Shown: positions 9,437 through 19,165, numbered from the stretch's first letter. The stretch: 41,463 nt of DNA from a virus (IMGVR_UViG_3300025723_000078:1-41463), one strand, 5' to 3'. The notes: generated from the letters alone by a model not told the origin. A program made the numbers and translations.

Positions 9437-10438
9437 TTACTTTTTACGCCAGTTAGCGAAGAATACAAGCACTAATCCAAGCACTATTATTAGTATAATT
9501 TCTGCCGTATCGGCCCAGCCGGGTCGTTGTATGACCACGTGATTGATCATGGTGGCCATGATTCGGGCCTGTAGATCATGTGGCCACACCGCACCAATAC
9601 TGGTTGGTACCGGATTGGCAATGCCAGCAGCCGTGGGTCCCACTATCACAACTGCACCACCAAAATCTCGGGGTAAATCGGTCAACTTTGCCGATTTACT
9701 GTGTTGACTCCAGTCTATCCAGATGCGTCCCAAGTTGTCTGTGGCAACAATTCCAATATCGCCCGGCAGTCGCAGTTTCTCCACACCCAGCTCGTTCATT
9801 CGCACCTGGAATGTGCTGTTGCCACTGGCAACACGCAGAGCTTCCAGAGACAGCCCGGGATACAGCCGCCCGTCAACTTGTACCACCAATGGCACACGAC
9901 GATTTACTCCGTCTATTTCTGGCAAGGTGTTCACGATGCCCACACCAGCCGCTGAATTTTCTATGGCAGGAATATTGGCAATCAGGCCCGGATATGTGAT
10001 CATCATGTCCAGGTTGTTGGAGCCAATCACGGCCGAGCCCGGCGGGTGTGCAATGTTCTTGCTGTGGTCAGCAGGGAAATCTGGCAACACTACCGGATAT
10101 TTTTTCAGTGCATGTCCCAGTCGATTGTCGCCTCCAGTACGGTCAGGTTCCGGCATGAGCACATCCAGCACAACTAGACCTGCGTGTCTTGCATATAAAT
10201 CTTGTATGATTTTGGCATATTCCGCACGCGGCAATGGCCATTGCCCGAGTTGGTCCAGTGCGGCTTCGTCGATGTCGACAGTGTAGATGTTGTTGACTGT
10301 GGGCGTCTTGTTGGCGATCAAGGTATCAAAGTATCTTAGTCGCACACTTTCAACAAACACAGGATCTGCTGTTCTTATGCCCACAACTATGGCCAATGTG
10401 ACCAAGGCTGTCCAGGGGCTAAGTAGGATTTTTTTCAT
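9437..10438 (-). CDS. CHASE2 sensor domain protein, N-terminal half of the split adenylate cyclase
   Basis: VDIDEAALDQLGQWPLPRA, D.L.PEPDR, EIDGVNRRVPL, VIVGPTAAG...PT CHASE2 motifs; ends after a single C-terminal TM helix. Confidence 0.9.
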   Translation of the reverse strand: MKKILLSPWTALVTLAIVVGIRTADPVFVESVRLRYFDTLIANKTPTVNNIYTVDIDEAALDQLGQWPLPRAEYAKIIQDLYARHAGLVVLDVLMPEPDRTGGDNRLGHALKKYPVVLPDFPADHSKNIAHPPGSAVIGSNNLDMMITYPGLIANIPAIENSAAGVGIVNTLPEIDGVNRRVPLVVQVDGRLYPGLSLEALRVASGNSTFQVRMNELGVEKLRLPGDIGIVATDNLGRIWIDWSQHSKSAKLTDLPRDFGGAVVIVGPTAAGIANPVPTSIGAVWPHDLQARIMATMINHVVIQRPGWADTAEIILIIVLGLVLVFFANWRKK

Positions 10439-10444
10439 TTGTTC

Positions 10445-11143
10445 TCATCGACCAGTCCATTTAGCGATCAAAGATACGCCATTATCGTCCATGTCGTCAT
10501 AGACTCTCAACCCTCTTATTTGGCTGACTATCTCATTGCTGCCAGCACGTATAGGAAATGCGTACACACTATCTGTTTCACCTGGGATTTCTTCGCTGGG
10601 AGCCTGATGTATAACTCGGCCACCGCGTTTTAGGATGGCCTGTGCAATTTTGTCATCGATGATATAGTCATCTACCACACCAAACATTTCCACTCCGGGT
10701 ATGGTGTTCAACATTTGCCACATTCTCCTACCACCTGCGGTCTGTATGCTGCCGGCCATGAGTGTATAACGCAATACAGTCAAGGCAATGCCGTATAGAC
10801 TTCGTGCCAGTCCTTGTCTGCGATATCGTTCGTCTACTGTGATAGTTTCTACTTGGTACAGATTGGGGATTGCTTGGGCCAGTCCCCCATCAGCCCGTTC
10901 CAAGTGCAACTTGGCCACTATGATGTCGTTGGGTCGTTCACGTTGTTCTTGGGGTCGCTCGGGATCAACGATATAGATCACAGTTCCATCAACAATATAG
11001 TAACCAAATCTACTTCCGCCTGGCAAGGGACGTATGCGACGCATGTTTTTTGTATCCACAGTGAAAGGCAATTCTTTATTGCCACCTGTATAGAGACCAG
11101 GTTCTGCCCGTTCTATTTCCGTAACGAATTCTTCGGCTCTCAT
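10445..11143 (-). CDS. GNAT-like protein with CTS-like N-terminus (putative virion-internal effector)
   Basis: MRAEEFVTE leader; V..RYRRQGLA.SLY and QT.GG...W acetyl-CoA-binding-like motifs. Confidence 0.6.
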   Translation of the reverse strand: MRAEEFVTEIERAEPGLYTGGNKELPFTVDTKNMRRIRPLPGGSRFGYYIVDGTVIYIVDPERPQEQRERPNDIIVAKLHLERADGGLAQAIPNLYQVETITVDERYRRQGLARSLYGIALTVLRYTLMAGSIQTAGGRRMWQMLNTIPGVEMFGVVDDYIIDDKIAQAILKRGGRVIHQAPSEEIPGETDSVYAFPIRAGSNEIVSQIRGLRVYDDMDDNGVSLIAKWTGR

Positions 11144-11144
11144 C

Positions 11145-11810
11145 TTAGAACTTCATTCCTAGCCCGAACACAGTGGCATTGGTCAACTTGTTGTTGATGC
11201 TGTCCTTGATCCAGGTGTTGCTGATGCTGACAGCAACATCATCGGTCAATTGATATCTCAATGACATGACATTTTTTTGATATTGGAATGTGCCACCGGA
11301 TTCAATCAGGTACTTTTCTGAAACGGTGCTTTTGTTGTTGATTTGATAACTGGCCCATACACTTTCACGAAACACTGTTTGGTTCAACTCAACACTTTCG
11401 GCCTGTGCTATGCTGGTTTCGGCGCTGAGCTTGACTGTGTCGGTACGCAACACACGATAACCATGACCAACACCAAATACCACTAGATTTTTATAGGTGC
11501 CAAATTCGTCATATTGATATCGTCCAGCTGTTTGTAAATAATTTTTACCGTCGCCCAATTCGTAATTGACCTTGGCATACACATCAAACAGGTTTTGTGT
11601 GACTCCACTGCTGGCGCTGGATTTGTATATGTTATCAATATCTATGTACTGACTGTACGGGCTTGCACGCAGATCTTTGTTGATATAAGACACTGCGCTG
11701 TTGATCGTGGTGTTGGAAAGATCCACAGTGCCACCAAGATTCACCACAAGATCATGTGCCACAGCCTGTACTGCAAAACTGGCAATCAAAGCCAAAAAGA
11801 TTTTTTTCAT
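11145..11810 (-). CDS. outer-membrane beta-barrel protein (DUF481/YdiY-like)
   Basis: Signal peptide, GVGHGYR, alternating beta strands, C-terminal Phe. Confidence 0.7.
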   Translation of the reverse strand: MKKIFLALIASFAVQAVAHDLVVNLGGTVDLSNTTINSAVSYINKDLRASPYSQYIDIDNIYKSSASSGVTQNLFDVYAKVNYELGDGKNYLQTAGRYQYDEFGTYKNLVVFGVGHGYRVLRTDTVKLSAETSIAQAESVELNQTVFRESVWASYQINNKSTVSEKYLIESGGTFQYQKNVMSLRYQLTDDVAVSISNTWIKDSINNKLTNATVFGLGMKF

Positions 11811-11828
11811 ACGGATATTTATATCGAA

Positions 11829-12611
11829 TCAATTGCCTTGGCGCACAGTTATAGGTCCGCAACCGCCTGCTTGTACACAAACAGTACTGACCGAATAGTT
11901 TTGTCCACCTGTTTGAATAAGATTGACCGATCCTGGGCCACCAGCATTGACTATGCTGATATTGGCATTATTGGCTGATCCGGTTTGTAACACGCTGGCA
12001 CTGTTGTTGTTGCCCAGAAAATTCACTGCCAGATTCTGTTGGCTCCCAGTCTGTGTGGCAGTGAGACTGTTTTGATTGCCCTGTGTGTTGGCCGTGATCT
12101 GTTTGGCTCCGTTGCCGGTCTGACTAAAGGTCTGTGTGTTATAGTTGCCGTTGACTGTGGTGGCCACATAGCTCATGTTGGCTGAACCGGTATTGGTCTG
12201 TTCACTGGAGATCTGATTGCCAGTGCCGGTTACCGTGAACATGATATAGTGTCCGCCGGCATCTAGGCCAGACGTTTGCCCATCCAGGGCGACACCTTGT
12301 TTGGCTATCACAGTGTTATAACTGCCATAGACGGCACCTTCTGCCAGGTGCTGTCCTGACCCCAATGGGTCGCCCTGGATTATCTTTACGTAATTGCCAT
12401 CGCCTTGTATGGGCATACTGTTGGCACCCACTCCAGCTATGCCGGCTTGACCACTGTTTTGTTGAATTCTGATGTTGTTTGAGTCACCAACTTGATCTAT
12501 ATAGATGCTGTTGTTTGTGATATAGTTCAATCTGGCCTGAGCCGAATCTGTTTGTGGATCAGCTGATACAACGCTGGAGAACAGCATGACCAGTAACAAT
12601 AACTGTTTCAT
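11829..12611 (-). CDS. curlin-repeat secreted protein (CsgA/B-like)
   Basis: Signal peptide; N.IYIDQ.G..N and repeated Q.G..N.....Q motifs; N/G/Q/T rich. Confidence 0.75.
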   Translation of the reverse strand: MKQLLLLVMLFSSVVSADPQTDSAQARLNYITNNSIYIDQVGDSNNIRIQQNSGQAGIAGVGANSMPIQGDGNYVKIIQGDPLGSGQHLAEGAVYGSYNTVIAKQGVALDGQTSGLDAGGHYIMFTVTGTGNQISSEQTNTGSANMSYVATTVNGNYNTQTFSQTGNGAKQITANTQGNQNSLTATQTGSQQNLAVNFLGNNNSASVLQTGSANNANISIVNAGGPGSVNLIQTGGQNYSVSTVCVQAGGCGPITVRQGN

Positions 12612-12612
12612 A

Positions 12613-13716
12613 TCAATTCTGCTTCAAAGTTACCACCGTGGTACCGCCGGTGTTGACGCGATTTTTTATCGTGATGGAACCTTGTGTTTGATACAGTGTG
12701 GCATTGCTGTATTTGCTGAATGTGGCGCTGGACATGTTGCTACCGTCATCACGACTTAGAGTCACAGTCAAATCGTCCACAGCTACCTTGACCCCTGACA
12801 GTGCTTTATAGTCTGGCAACAGTCCTGACGTGGTGCTGTTGAGTAGATTGAGTTCAGCCGCCAATTGTTCGTTGATCAAGGTCAAAATATTTTGTAAAAA
12901 GTCCTGATCCAAAAAGTTTTGGCTGAGCCTATTGGCAAATATGGTTCGTTGTTGTTCAGTCAACACGTTGCTGAGATCGGCTTCTTTGAGAAAATCCTGG
13001 CTAAGAGCATTGACTCGATTCATTTCTCGTTGGTCCGATACTGCTCGACGAATCTCAGGCGGCGGACTCAGGATCAACAGATTGCTGATGCTGTCAGCAG
13101 TCAGTCGCACAATGACCGGTCGAGTTGGTGGCGTGCCACGACTGTCCACTCTTGTGGCTTGAAAGGCCTGATCCAGTGTGACTTGTCCGGCATCAGTGAT
13201 CACATCAATTATGCCAATTTTGCAGTCACGTTCTATATCAGCATAACCAGCCGGACAACTGGGCAACAATATCACTGTGCTAGAACCCAGTTCATCCACA
13301 GTGGTAGTAAAATCAGTTCCACGAACAGCGATAGTGGCGGTGGGTGTATTGATAGAAACCTTGCTGGGATTGTCATGAGCAATAGCCCCTGACGCATACC
13401 GCACCGTGCCCGACGCCATGTTGAGTGCCAGTTTGCCTGCGGTGGGTTTTTTTGGATCATACACAAAGTCGTCAATGACCAATCGGCTATTTTCGTTCAC
13501 TTGTACTCTAGTATCGTCAGCAAAGGTAATGCCCACTTTGCCCTGTCCGGTTTTTACAGCATCTTCCATTTCTACTGCTGTTCCTTTGGTGCCAGACAAT
13601 GTGGTCTTTTGTCTTTGTATCGATGCTGGATTGTTGGCCTGTTCGGTTATAGTACCAATACCAGCCCAGAGATTCACTGACACGAAACACAAACTGAGAA
13701 ACAACAATATTTTCAT
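12613..13716 (-). CDS. FecR-domain protein
   Basis: D.V.TG.G...I.F.D.T......NS.L.ID.FVYD and I.TPTATIAVRGTDF motifs; signal peptide. Confidence 0.85.
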   Translation of the reverse strand: MKILLFLSLCFVSVNLWAGIGTITEQANNPASIQRQKTTLSGTKGTAVEMEDAVKTGQGKVGITFADDTRVQVNENSRLVIDDFVYDPKKPTAGKLALNMASGTVRYASGAIAHDNPSKVSINTPTATIAVRGTDFTTTVDELGSSTVILLPSCPAGYADIERDCKIGIIDVITDAGQVTLDQAFQATRVDSRGTPPTRPVIVRLTADSISNLLILSPPPEIRRAVSDQREMNRVNALSQDFLKEADLSNVLTEQQRTIFANRLSQNFLDQDFLQNILTLINEQLAAELNLLNSTTSGLLPDYKALSGVKVAVDDLTVTLSRDDGSNMSSATFSKYSNATLYQTQGSITIKNRVNTGGTTVVTLKQN

Positions 13717-14648
13717 CAACGCAGACCAACGGTAGAAGGTGGCGGGGCTGTGCCTGTGCCTTGTGAAACGCCCACAGTGTTGCCACTACCATTCATTTTG
13801 AGATTGAGCACATTGTTGGAAGCAGCACCAGCAGCTTGATTGGCTGTTATGGTATTGTTACTGCCGGTAATACCCAAATTGGCCGTGTTGTCGGCGCTGC
13901 CGTATTGTGACACAGTGATTGAATTACCACTGCCGGTCATGGCTGACCCACCTGTGTATCCGCCCACAGTGACCTGATTGCCCGCAGTGCCACCATCTTG
14001 TGTTATGCTGAACACGTTGCTGGCACCAACCAAGTTAATGCCCACACTGCTGTTATTGACTGGACTGGCTACACCTTGTAATACTGTGGCCACGTTGTTG
14101 CCACCACCCAACAAACTGATATTTTGGGAGTTATTACCACCGTTGACAAATGAATTGACCCCATTGCCGTCGCCGCCTCCGGTGTTTATACTCAAGGAGT
14201 TTTCACCGCCCAGGACCCGAGCATTCAATCCAGAATTGTTACCGGTCTGATTTACTGCGATCGAATTGCTTTCACTGATGCCGGTACCTTCGTTGTTGCT
14301 GTCAATTTTGGCTTTGGCATTGTCACCTGTCACGGTATAAGTCACAGTGGGGTTGCCTGCTCCGCCGTTGCCGGTCATGGTCTGTACGCCCAGATCCAGT
14401 CGATTGTTGCTACCAGTCTGGGTAATGGCCAATTGATTGTTGCTGCCGTATATTCGGGCATTCACAGTGTTATCGTTGGCATTGGGCAGGGGTTGTATAC
14501 CTCGTACCACGTTACCATAACCTGATTGGGTTATATTGATCGTGGAATTGTCACCGGTTTGGTCTATGTAGATGCTGTTATCGGCTGCTCCTGCTATACC
14601 CGTTATCGCTAGCATTGTTATTATTAGTTTGGCTAGTCTTGTTTTCAT
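13716..14648 (-). CDS. curlin-repeat secreted protein (CsgA/B-like)
   Basis: Signal peptide; NSIYIDQTGDN and many G..N...I.Q repeats. Confidence 0.75.
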   Translation of the reverse strand: MKTRLAKLIITMLAITGIAGAADNSIYIDQTGDNSTINITQSGYGNVVRGIQPLPNANDNTVNARIYGSNNQLAITQTGSNNRLDLGVQTMTGNGGAGNPTVTYTVTGDNAKAKIDSNNEGTGISESNSIAVNQTGNNSGLNARVLGGENSLSINTGGGDGNGVNSFVNGGNNSQNISLLGGGNNVATVLQGVASPVNNSSVGINLVGASNVFSITQDGGTAGNQVTVGGYTGGSAMTGSGNSITVSQYGSADNTANLGITGSNNTITANQAAGAASNNVLNLKMNGSGNTVGVSQGTGTAPPPSTVGLR

Positions 14649-14687
14649 TGCGTTTTCCTTTTGGCTCTTTTGGCCTTTTTGCGACTC

Positions 14688-15863
14688 CTAATCGTTCGCT
14701 GTCTGTAGATTTTTCAATCTATCTTGTTTTACAAATCCCTTGACTCCTGAATCGGTTTGTATTTGTACCACATCTTTGAATTGCGTTTTGGTCACTGTTG
14801 CCACTTGGTTGGCCAAAACTACCACATACGGGCCATACACAGGCCCATCGAGATTGGATTTTGTTGTGTACACTCGAGTATTTTTTACAAAATACATTTT
14901 GTCCAACTTGGCAATCTCAATTTTTTCTTTTTTTGGTTCTGCAACTTCCACAGCTCGTGTTGGCTCAGCCGCTGGGACTGTTTCCGCCACAGTAGCCGGC
15001 GGCGTGATCTGCACTCGTGGTTGTTCAGGTTTGCGATAATCCCATACTCCTTTGCGCTCACCTTCGCGTATGATTTCGACCACTGCGGCTTCCACTGCTG
15101 TTTTCACTGCCAAGGTACCGGGTTCATTTATGGTCAATCCAGTTTCAAATTGGAATATGCCGGCTGTGGCACTGACAGCTCCGGTGGTGCCATCAAACAC
15201 CTTGCTTACAATGTTGCCACCGGGTTCGATGCTTTTTAACACAGCAAAACTGTCCGCAGTACTGTAGATGATCTTGGTTACTGTGACCGCAGCCACTATC
15301 TTGCCAGTGTTGACTGCTATGGCCCTGAGGCTTATGGTCACCACATCTTTACTGTATTGTGTACTAGGACCTATGCCCAAGAAGTTATATCCTGTGCCAC
15401 CCGATTCTACACTGCTGTCATAACCAATGATACCGCCTTCGAATATGATGCCAGCAAACAGCATGGGCATGAGAGGTTTGGCTTCTTTGCCTTCGTAGGC
15501 TTCGCGCATCTGTTTGATGATCAAGCGTTCTTTGGTCAAGGCGTCTAGGTTGTTGCGTTCGACCACATCAAACCATTGGCCGTGTCCCACATCCTGTAAG
15601 GCCTTGATCAAGAACACATCAGCACCTTGTGTGACCGCGGTACTGAAGCTGGCAATACCTGGAGTGGGTTTACGTTGTCCAGTTTTGTCGGTAAACTGAT
15701 ACACAGCCACGCTGAGCTTGGGGCCAGCCGGCAAAGGCACAGAATCAAATTCTCGTTGTAGTTTGGTTGGCACCAGTTCAGGCTTGTGCTCAACACCCAT
15801 TTTCTGCGTGGTAGCACAACCAGATAATATAGCCGCAAGCACCAAGGATAATAGTATTTTCAT
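14688..15863 (-). CDS. csgG: curli secretion channel CsgG-like lipoprotein with C-terminal extension
   Basis: LSGC lipobox; VAVYQF.DKTGQRKP, FSTAVTQG, WF.VVER..L..L.KER.II, EGGIIGYD motifs. Confidence 0.9.
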   Translation of the reverse strand: MKILLSLVLAAILSGCATTQKMGVEHKPELVPTKLQREFDSVPLPAGPKLSVAVYQFTDKTGQRKPTPGIASFSTAVTQGADVFLIKALQDVGHGQWFDVVERNNLDALTKERLIIKQMREAYEGKEAKPLMPMLFAGIIFEGGIIGYDSSVESGGTGYNFLGIGPSTQYSKDVVTISLRAIAVNTGKIVAAVTVTKIIYSTADSFAVLKSIEPGGNIVSKVFDGTTGAVSATAGIFQFETGLTINEPGTLAVKTAVEAAVVEIIREGERKGVWDYRKPEQPRVQITPPATVAETVPAAEPTRAVEVAEPKKEKIEIAKLDKMYFVKNTRVYTTKSNLDGPVYGPYVVVLANQVATVTKTQFKDVVQIQTDSGVKGFVKQDRLKNLQTAND

Positions 15864-15864
15864 G

Positions 15865-16341
15865 TCAGTTGGTCATTGTAAAACTGCCTAAGGGCACAGT
15901 TATAGTGGTTATGTTGCCCACATTGTCAGTTACCTGTAGCAGTATCTGATTGGGATTGGTTGGATCTTTGCTCCAGCGTATGGTATTGCCTTGGAAATTC
16001 ATGGTTCCGCCGCAGGGTTGTCCTGCGCTACAGTTGTTGTTGGCAAACATGGCAGTGGCCAAGTTTTGACTGATCTGTGCGTAGATTCTTGATTCCAAAT
16101 TGGTCAAAAATTGGTTGATGGGATTACTGGCCGCTGTGGCTATCGCCTGTTGTTGTGCTGATTGTAGCGCACTTAGCACAGCCTGTTGTCTAGTATACTG
16201 TTCGTTTTCTATGGTCAGCTGATATGTACCATAGCCCGAACCGTTGAAACTGGGGCTTTTGAATGTGAAATCTGGCAACGGCGCCGCGACGGCATCGCTG
16301 ACCAAAACCAGCAATATCAGTAGTTTGTTGATGTTGTGCAT
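15865..16341 (-). CDS. csgF: curli assembly CsgF-like protein
   Basis: Signal peptide; FTFKSPSFNG, F...LESRIY.Q.S; C-terminal T.ITVP; AGGAG RBS; TAAATA at 16359-16364. Confidence 0.75.
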   Translation of the reverse strand: MHNINKLLILLVLVSDAVAAPLPDFTFKSPSFNGSGYGTYQLTIENEQYTRQQAVLSALQSAQQQAIATAASNPINQFLTNLESRIYAQISQNLATAMFANNNCSAGQPCGGTMNFQGNTIRWSKDPTNPNQILLQVTDNVGNITTITVPLGSFTMTN

Positions 16342-16417
16342 GTATTGACTCCTGTTAGTATTTAACTGGAATGCCTGGTATTTTAACTTGCTGTTTAACT
16401 GTGCAAATAAGTATGTC

Positions 16418-16891
16418 ATGTTCTCTACAGCAACTTTGCAAACTTCCGACATCGAAGAACTGCATCAAACAGTGGTTCGATCTCGAGACCACTTGGAAGA
16501 ATTGGGCTGGTTGGCCCAGGCCACCCTGGATCAATTCAGCCTGCATTATGAAGCCATACTGGCCATGTCGGCCTTGCACATATCTGTGATCCGGATAGAC
16601 GGCTGTGTGGCCGGCGCAGTCGAGTTGCAGGACCACGGTCACTACCATGTGATTGGTTATTGGTTGGGGGTAGATTATCGCGGATCAGGACTGGCCACTC
16701 GGGCTGTTCAGCAGGTGCTGGATCAGTATCCTGGTACGATCAGGGCCGATACCCTGCGACGCAATCCGGCCAGCGCACGAGTGCTGGAACGATTGGCATT
16801 TGTGTTGACTCACTCAGACAGCGAGCGTTGCTACTATGAGCGTGCTAGTGTGCAAACAATCGATATACCCGACGCCATTCTTGCAAAGTAA
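16418..16891 (+). CDS. RimJ/RimL-family GNAT acetyltransferase
   Basis: IGYWLG..YRG.GLAT.A and N.AS.RVLERL.F motifs. Confidence 0.85.
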   Translation: MFSTATLQTSDIEELHQTVVRSRDHLEELGWLAQATLDQFSLHYEAILAMSALHISVIRIDGCVAGAVELQDHGHYHVIGYWLGVDYRGSGLATRAVQQVLDQYPGTIRADTLRRNPASARVLERLAFVLTHSDSERCYYERASVQTIDIPDAILAK

Positions 16892-16955
16892 CAGGTTGCA
16901 TGCCTCTTGCCATCCTGCGTTGATTGAACTTGGTCAAACTGTGTTGCATGCTCAT
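16845..16955 (-). CDS. small basic hypothetical protein (36 aa)
   Basis: AGGAGA RBS before ATG; MSMQHSLTKFNQRRMARG...; below the ORF-track length cutoff. Confidence 0.45.
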   Translation of the reverse strand: MSMQHSLTKFNQRRMARGMQPVTLQEWRRVYRLFAH

Positions 16956-17032
16956 AACAATCTCCTGGTTATACTAATATAACGCCTTTGAGACCGAACA
17001 AGTTGACAGCGATCAACCAAAAACTTTTATCA

Positions 17033-18181
17033 TTATTGCCAACGGATCTGATCGATCAGCCGCAAGGTGCGTTGTTTGTACCAAGAGTACATGCCGGATC
17101 TGGCCACGTCTAGATTGTGCCAGAATCGGTCCTGGTTGGCCTGCCACAATGCCTTGGCCAGATCCGGCTGAGTCAGGATAGCTCGATTTAGATCAATGGC
17201 CTGTGTGATTCTATCTACCGGATTAGTTGTTGAATCATAACTGTGATCAATGATGTCATCAAACATGTCAAACCCAATCTCTCTCAGGTGTGCCACAGCT
17301 CCGGCACCGGCTATCAAGATAGGAAAATTGAATGCGTAAAAACTGTGATGCGTTTTTTCAGTCAACATGAATGCTGGAGTGACAAAACTGCTTTCGCATA
17401 TGATTTCCACAAAACTGTCTCGGTACTTGTGTCTCAGTTGACGATTGAAATTGGAGAAATTGTCGTTGGAGTTGTTGGGTGCGTAGATGCGATAATCGTC
17501 CACAACCAGTGACTGATTGGAATAAAATCGTTCATAGCCGCGTTGCATGATCGGCTCAACATGCTGATTGTGGCTGTCAAATTCCCATTGGATACGTTCT
17601 CGGAAATTTTCCGATTCCGGCTGTTCCTGTACACCGATTCCCAGGAACGTGATCAGGCCATGTTGATCCAGATCCTGTCCAAATAGATAGCTCAACAACA
17701 CCACTCTATGATCTCGCACGTTGCGATTGAGGCTGATAAATGTCTTGGTGCTGGCAAAATTTTTGTCTGCTACTGGTTCTAGTCGTCGATATTCGATCAA
17801 TTGATTGACCCAGTCTCCGCCCCAGGGTATGATCTGCACATTGGGTTCCTGTAACTCCAGATAAAGATTCTCCAGACTGGTAAAAATCACAAACATGGTG
17901 TCAGGGTATCGTCGCACACACCGTACAATCAGATCCACCCCGGCTTGCTGAGTGTGTTGCCAATGGCTGTATCCTTTCCACAGATCCAGCAGGTCCTTGA
18001 TGCCAATGATCACAGTGGAGGATTGGAATAGCGTATTTTCAAAAAAAGATTCCAACCGCTCAGGAGGTGTACCCCACATGTAGTAGGATTCACAATCGCG
18101 CCCGGGACCTTTAGTGACCAGTTCTTGAAACAGGTACAGAGTAAACTCATCGTTGGGAGGTCGGCTTATGATTTTTAACAT
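17033..18181 (-). CDS. putative glycosyltransferase-like protein
   Basis: F.SLNR..R.HR and E......LTEKT...F....P.L..G......LR..GFD.F...IDHSYD pattern. Confidence 0.55.
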   Translation of the reverse strand: MLKIISRPPNDEFTLYLFQELVTKGPGRDCESYYMWGTPPERLESFFENTLFQSSTVIIGIKDLLDLWKGYSHWQHTQQAGVDLIVRCVRRYPDTMFVIFTSLENLYLELQEPNVQIIPWGGDWVNQLIEYRRLEPVADKNFASTKTFISLNRNVRDHRVVLLSYLFGQDLDQHGLITFLGIGVQEQPESENFRERIQWEFDSHNQHVEPIMQRGYERFYSNQSLVVDDYRIYAPNNSNDNFSNFNRQLRHKYRDSFVEIICESSFVTPAFMLTEKTHHSFYAFNFPILIAGAGAVAHLREIGFDMFDDIIDHSYDSTTNPVDRITQAIDLNRAILTQPDLAKALWQANQDRFWHNLDVARSGMYSWYKQRTLRLIDQIRWQ

Positions 18182-18182
18182 G

Positions 18183-18860
18183 CTAGATCGGATATCTGAT
18201 GGAACGCCAGTTTGCATACAGCATCAAGGCCTGGTCTGGATTGGCCGTTATTGACATAGATTCACACAGGTCTCGATATTCGGCCAAGAATTCTGATTGG
18301 TTGATCAGCATGCGATCTAGATCGATGCATCGATCGCTACAGTGCTGTGCGATGTGATCGAATTGTTGAGCCTCCCGATCGCGCCATTGGAATCCCAACT
18401 GTTCCTGTTGTTGTGCGACCCAGTCATCATGCATGCGCAACTGTACATGATATATTCCATGTGACCAGGGCTGTGGATCTTGTTTGGCAAACTTGGCACC
18501 GGCCAGATCAATTCGAGTGTTGATCTGGTATAGATTTTTAACAAACTCGTGCGGATGTATGGCATGTATCACAGTGTTGTAGATCTCGCCCGACACCCGA
18601 TTGAGTTCCTGTAGTTGATCGGCCTGATAAAAATCCGACCAAGCACGATGGTACTGTTGCCAGCTGGAAAATTGGGCAGCCTGATCAAATCGATACAGTG
18701 CAACACGATCAAGATCCGGTGGAATAGCCAGCTTCTGACGCAACAAATGTTCCACGGTGGTCTTGGGCATCTGCGGTATGGTCTCGGTACTCAGGCCGAA
18801 TAGTCGTGACAGGAAATTTCCAGCATGCCCGGGCATGTACACGATCATTATGTATTTCAC
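18183..18860 (-). CDS. hypothetical protein (sulfotransferase/P-loop-like N-terminus)
   Basis: Y.PG..GNFL motif; TAAATA at 18887-18892. Confidence 0.55.
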   Translation of the reverse strand: MKYIMIVYMPGHAGNFLSRLFGLSTETIPQMPKTTVEHLLRQKLAIPPDLDRVALYRFDQAAQFSSWQQYHRAWSDFYQADQLQELNRVSGEIYNTVIHAIHPHEFVKNLYQINTRIDLAGAKFAKQDPQPWSHGIYHVQLRMHDDWVAQQQEQLGFQWRDREAQQFDHIAQHCSDRCIDLDRMLINQSEFLAEYRDLCESMSITANPDQALMLYANWRSIRYPI

Positions 18861-18927
18861 GGCAACTCTCAGAGTCTATGAAGCGATATTTATATCGCCA
18901 AAAACAGAGTCAAATATCTTGTGTGCA

Positions 18928-18956
18928 TTGACAGTGCGACTGTAATACTGTATACT
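18928..18956 (+). promoter_or_regulatory. sigma70-type early promoter
   Basis: TTGACA-N17-TATACT. Confidence 0.7.
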
Positions 18957-18990
18957 GTATTAGTTACAATACAACATCAAGGAAACCGAC

Positions 18991-19161
18991 ATGAGTAAAC
19001 CAGCACCTAAAAAAACCCAGACAGCCTCACAGTTGAGCCGTACCTTGAGTGGGCAGATCAGCAAGCAGGAAAAACTCAGTCGCGCATTTCGGGCCATACG
19101 CACTGCCCGGGCGTTGACACATCAGGCCATTCGCGAATTTGATCGTAGACCGTTTGTTTGA
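18991..19161 (+). CDS. small basic early protein (56 aa)
   Basis: AAGGA RBS and promoter upstream; MSKPAPKKTQTASQLSRTL... Confidence 0.6.
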   Translation: MSKPAPKKTQTASQLSRTLSGQISKQEKLSRAFRAIRTARALTHQAIREFDRRPFV

Positions 19162-19165
19162 TCTA

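Noticed and set aside
11829-14648. DNA tandem repeats or DGR target in the N/G-rich genes
   Set aside because: The repetition is at protein level (curlin-like) with diverged codons; no template/variable repeat pair or reverse transcriptase is visible.
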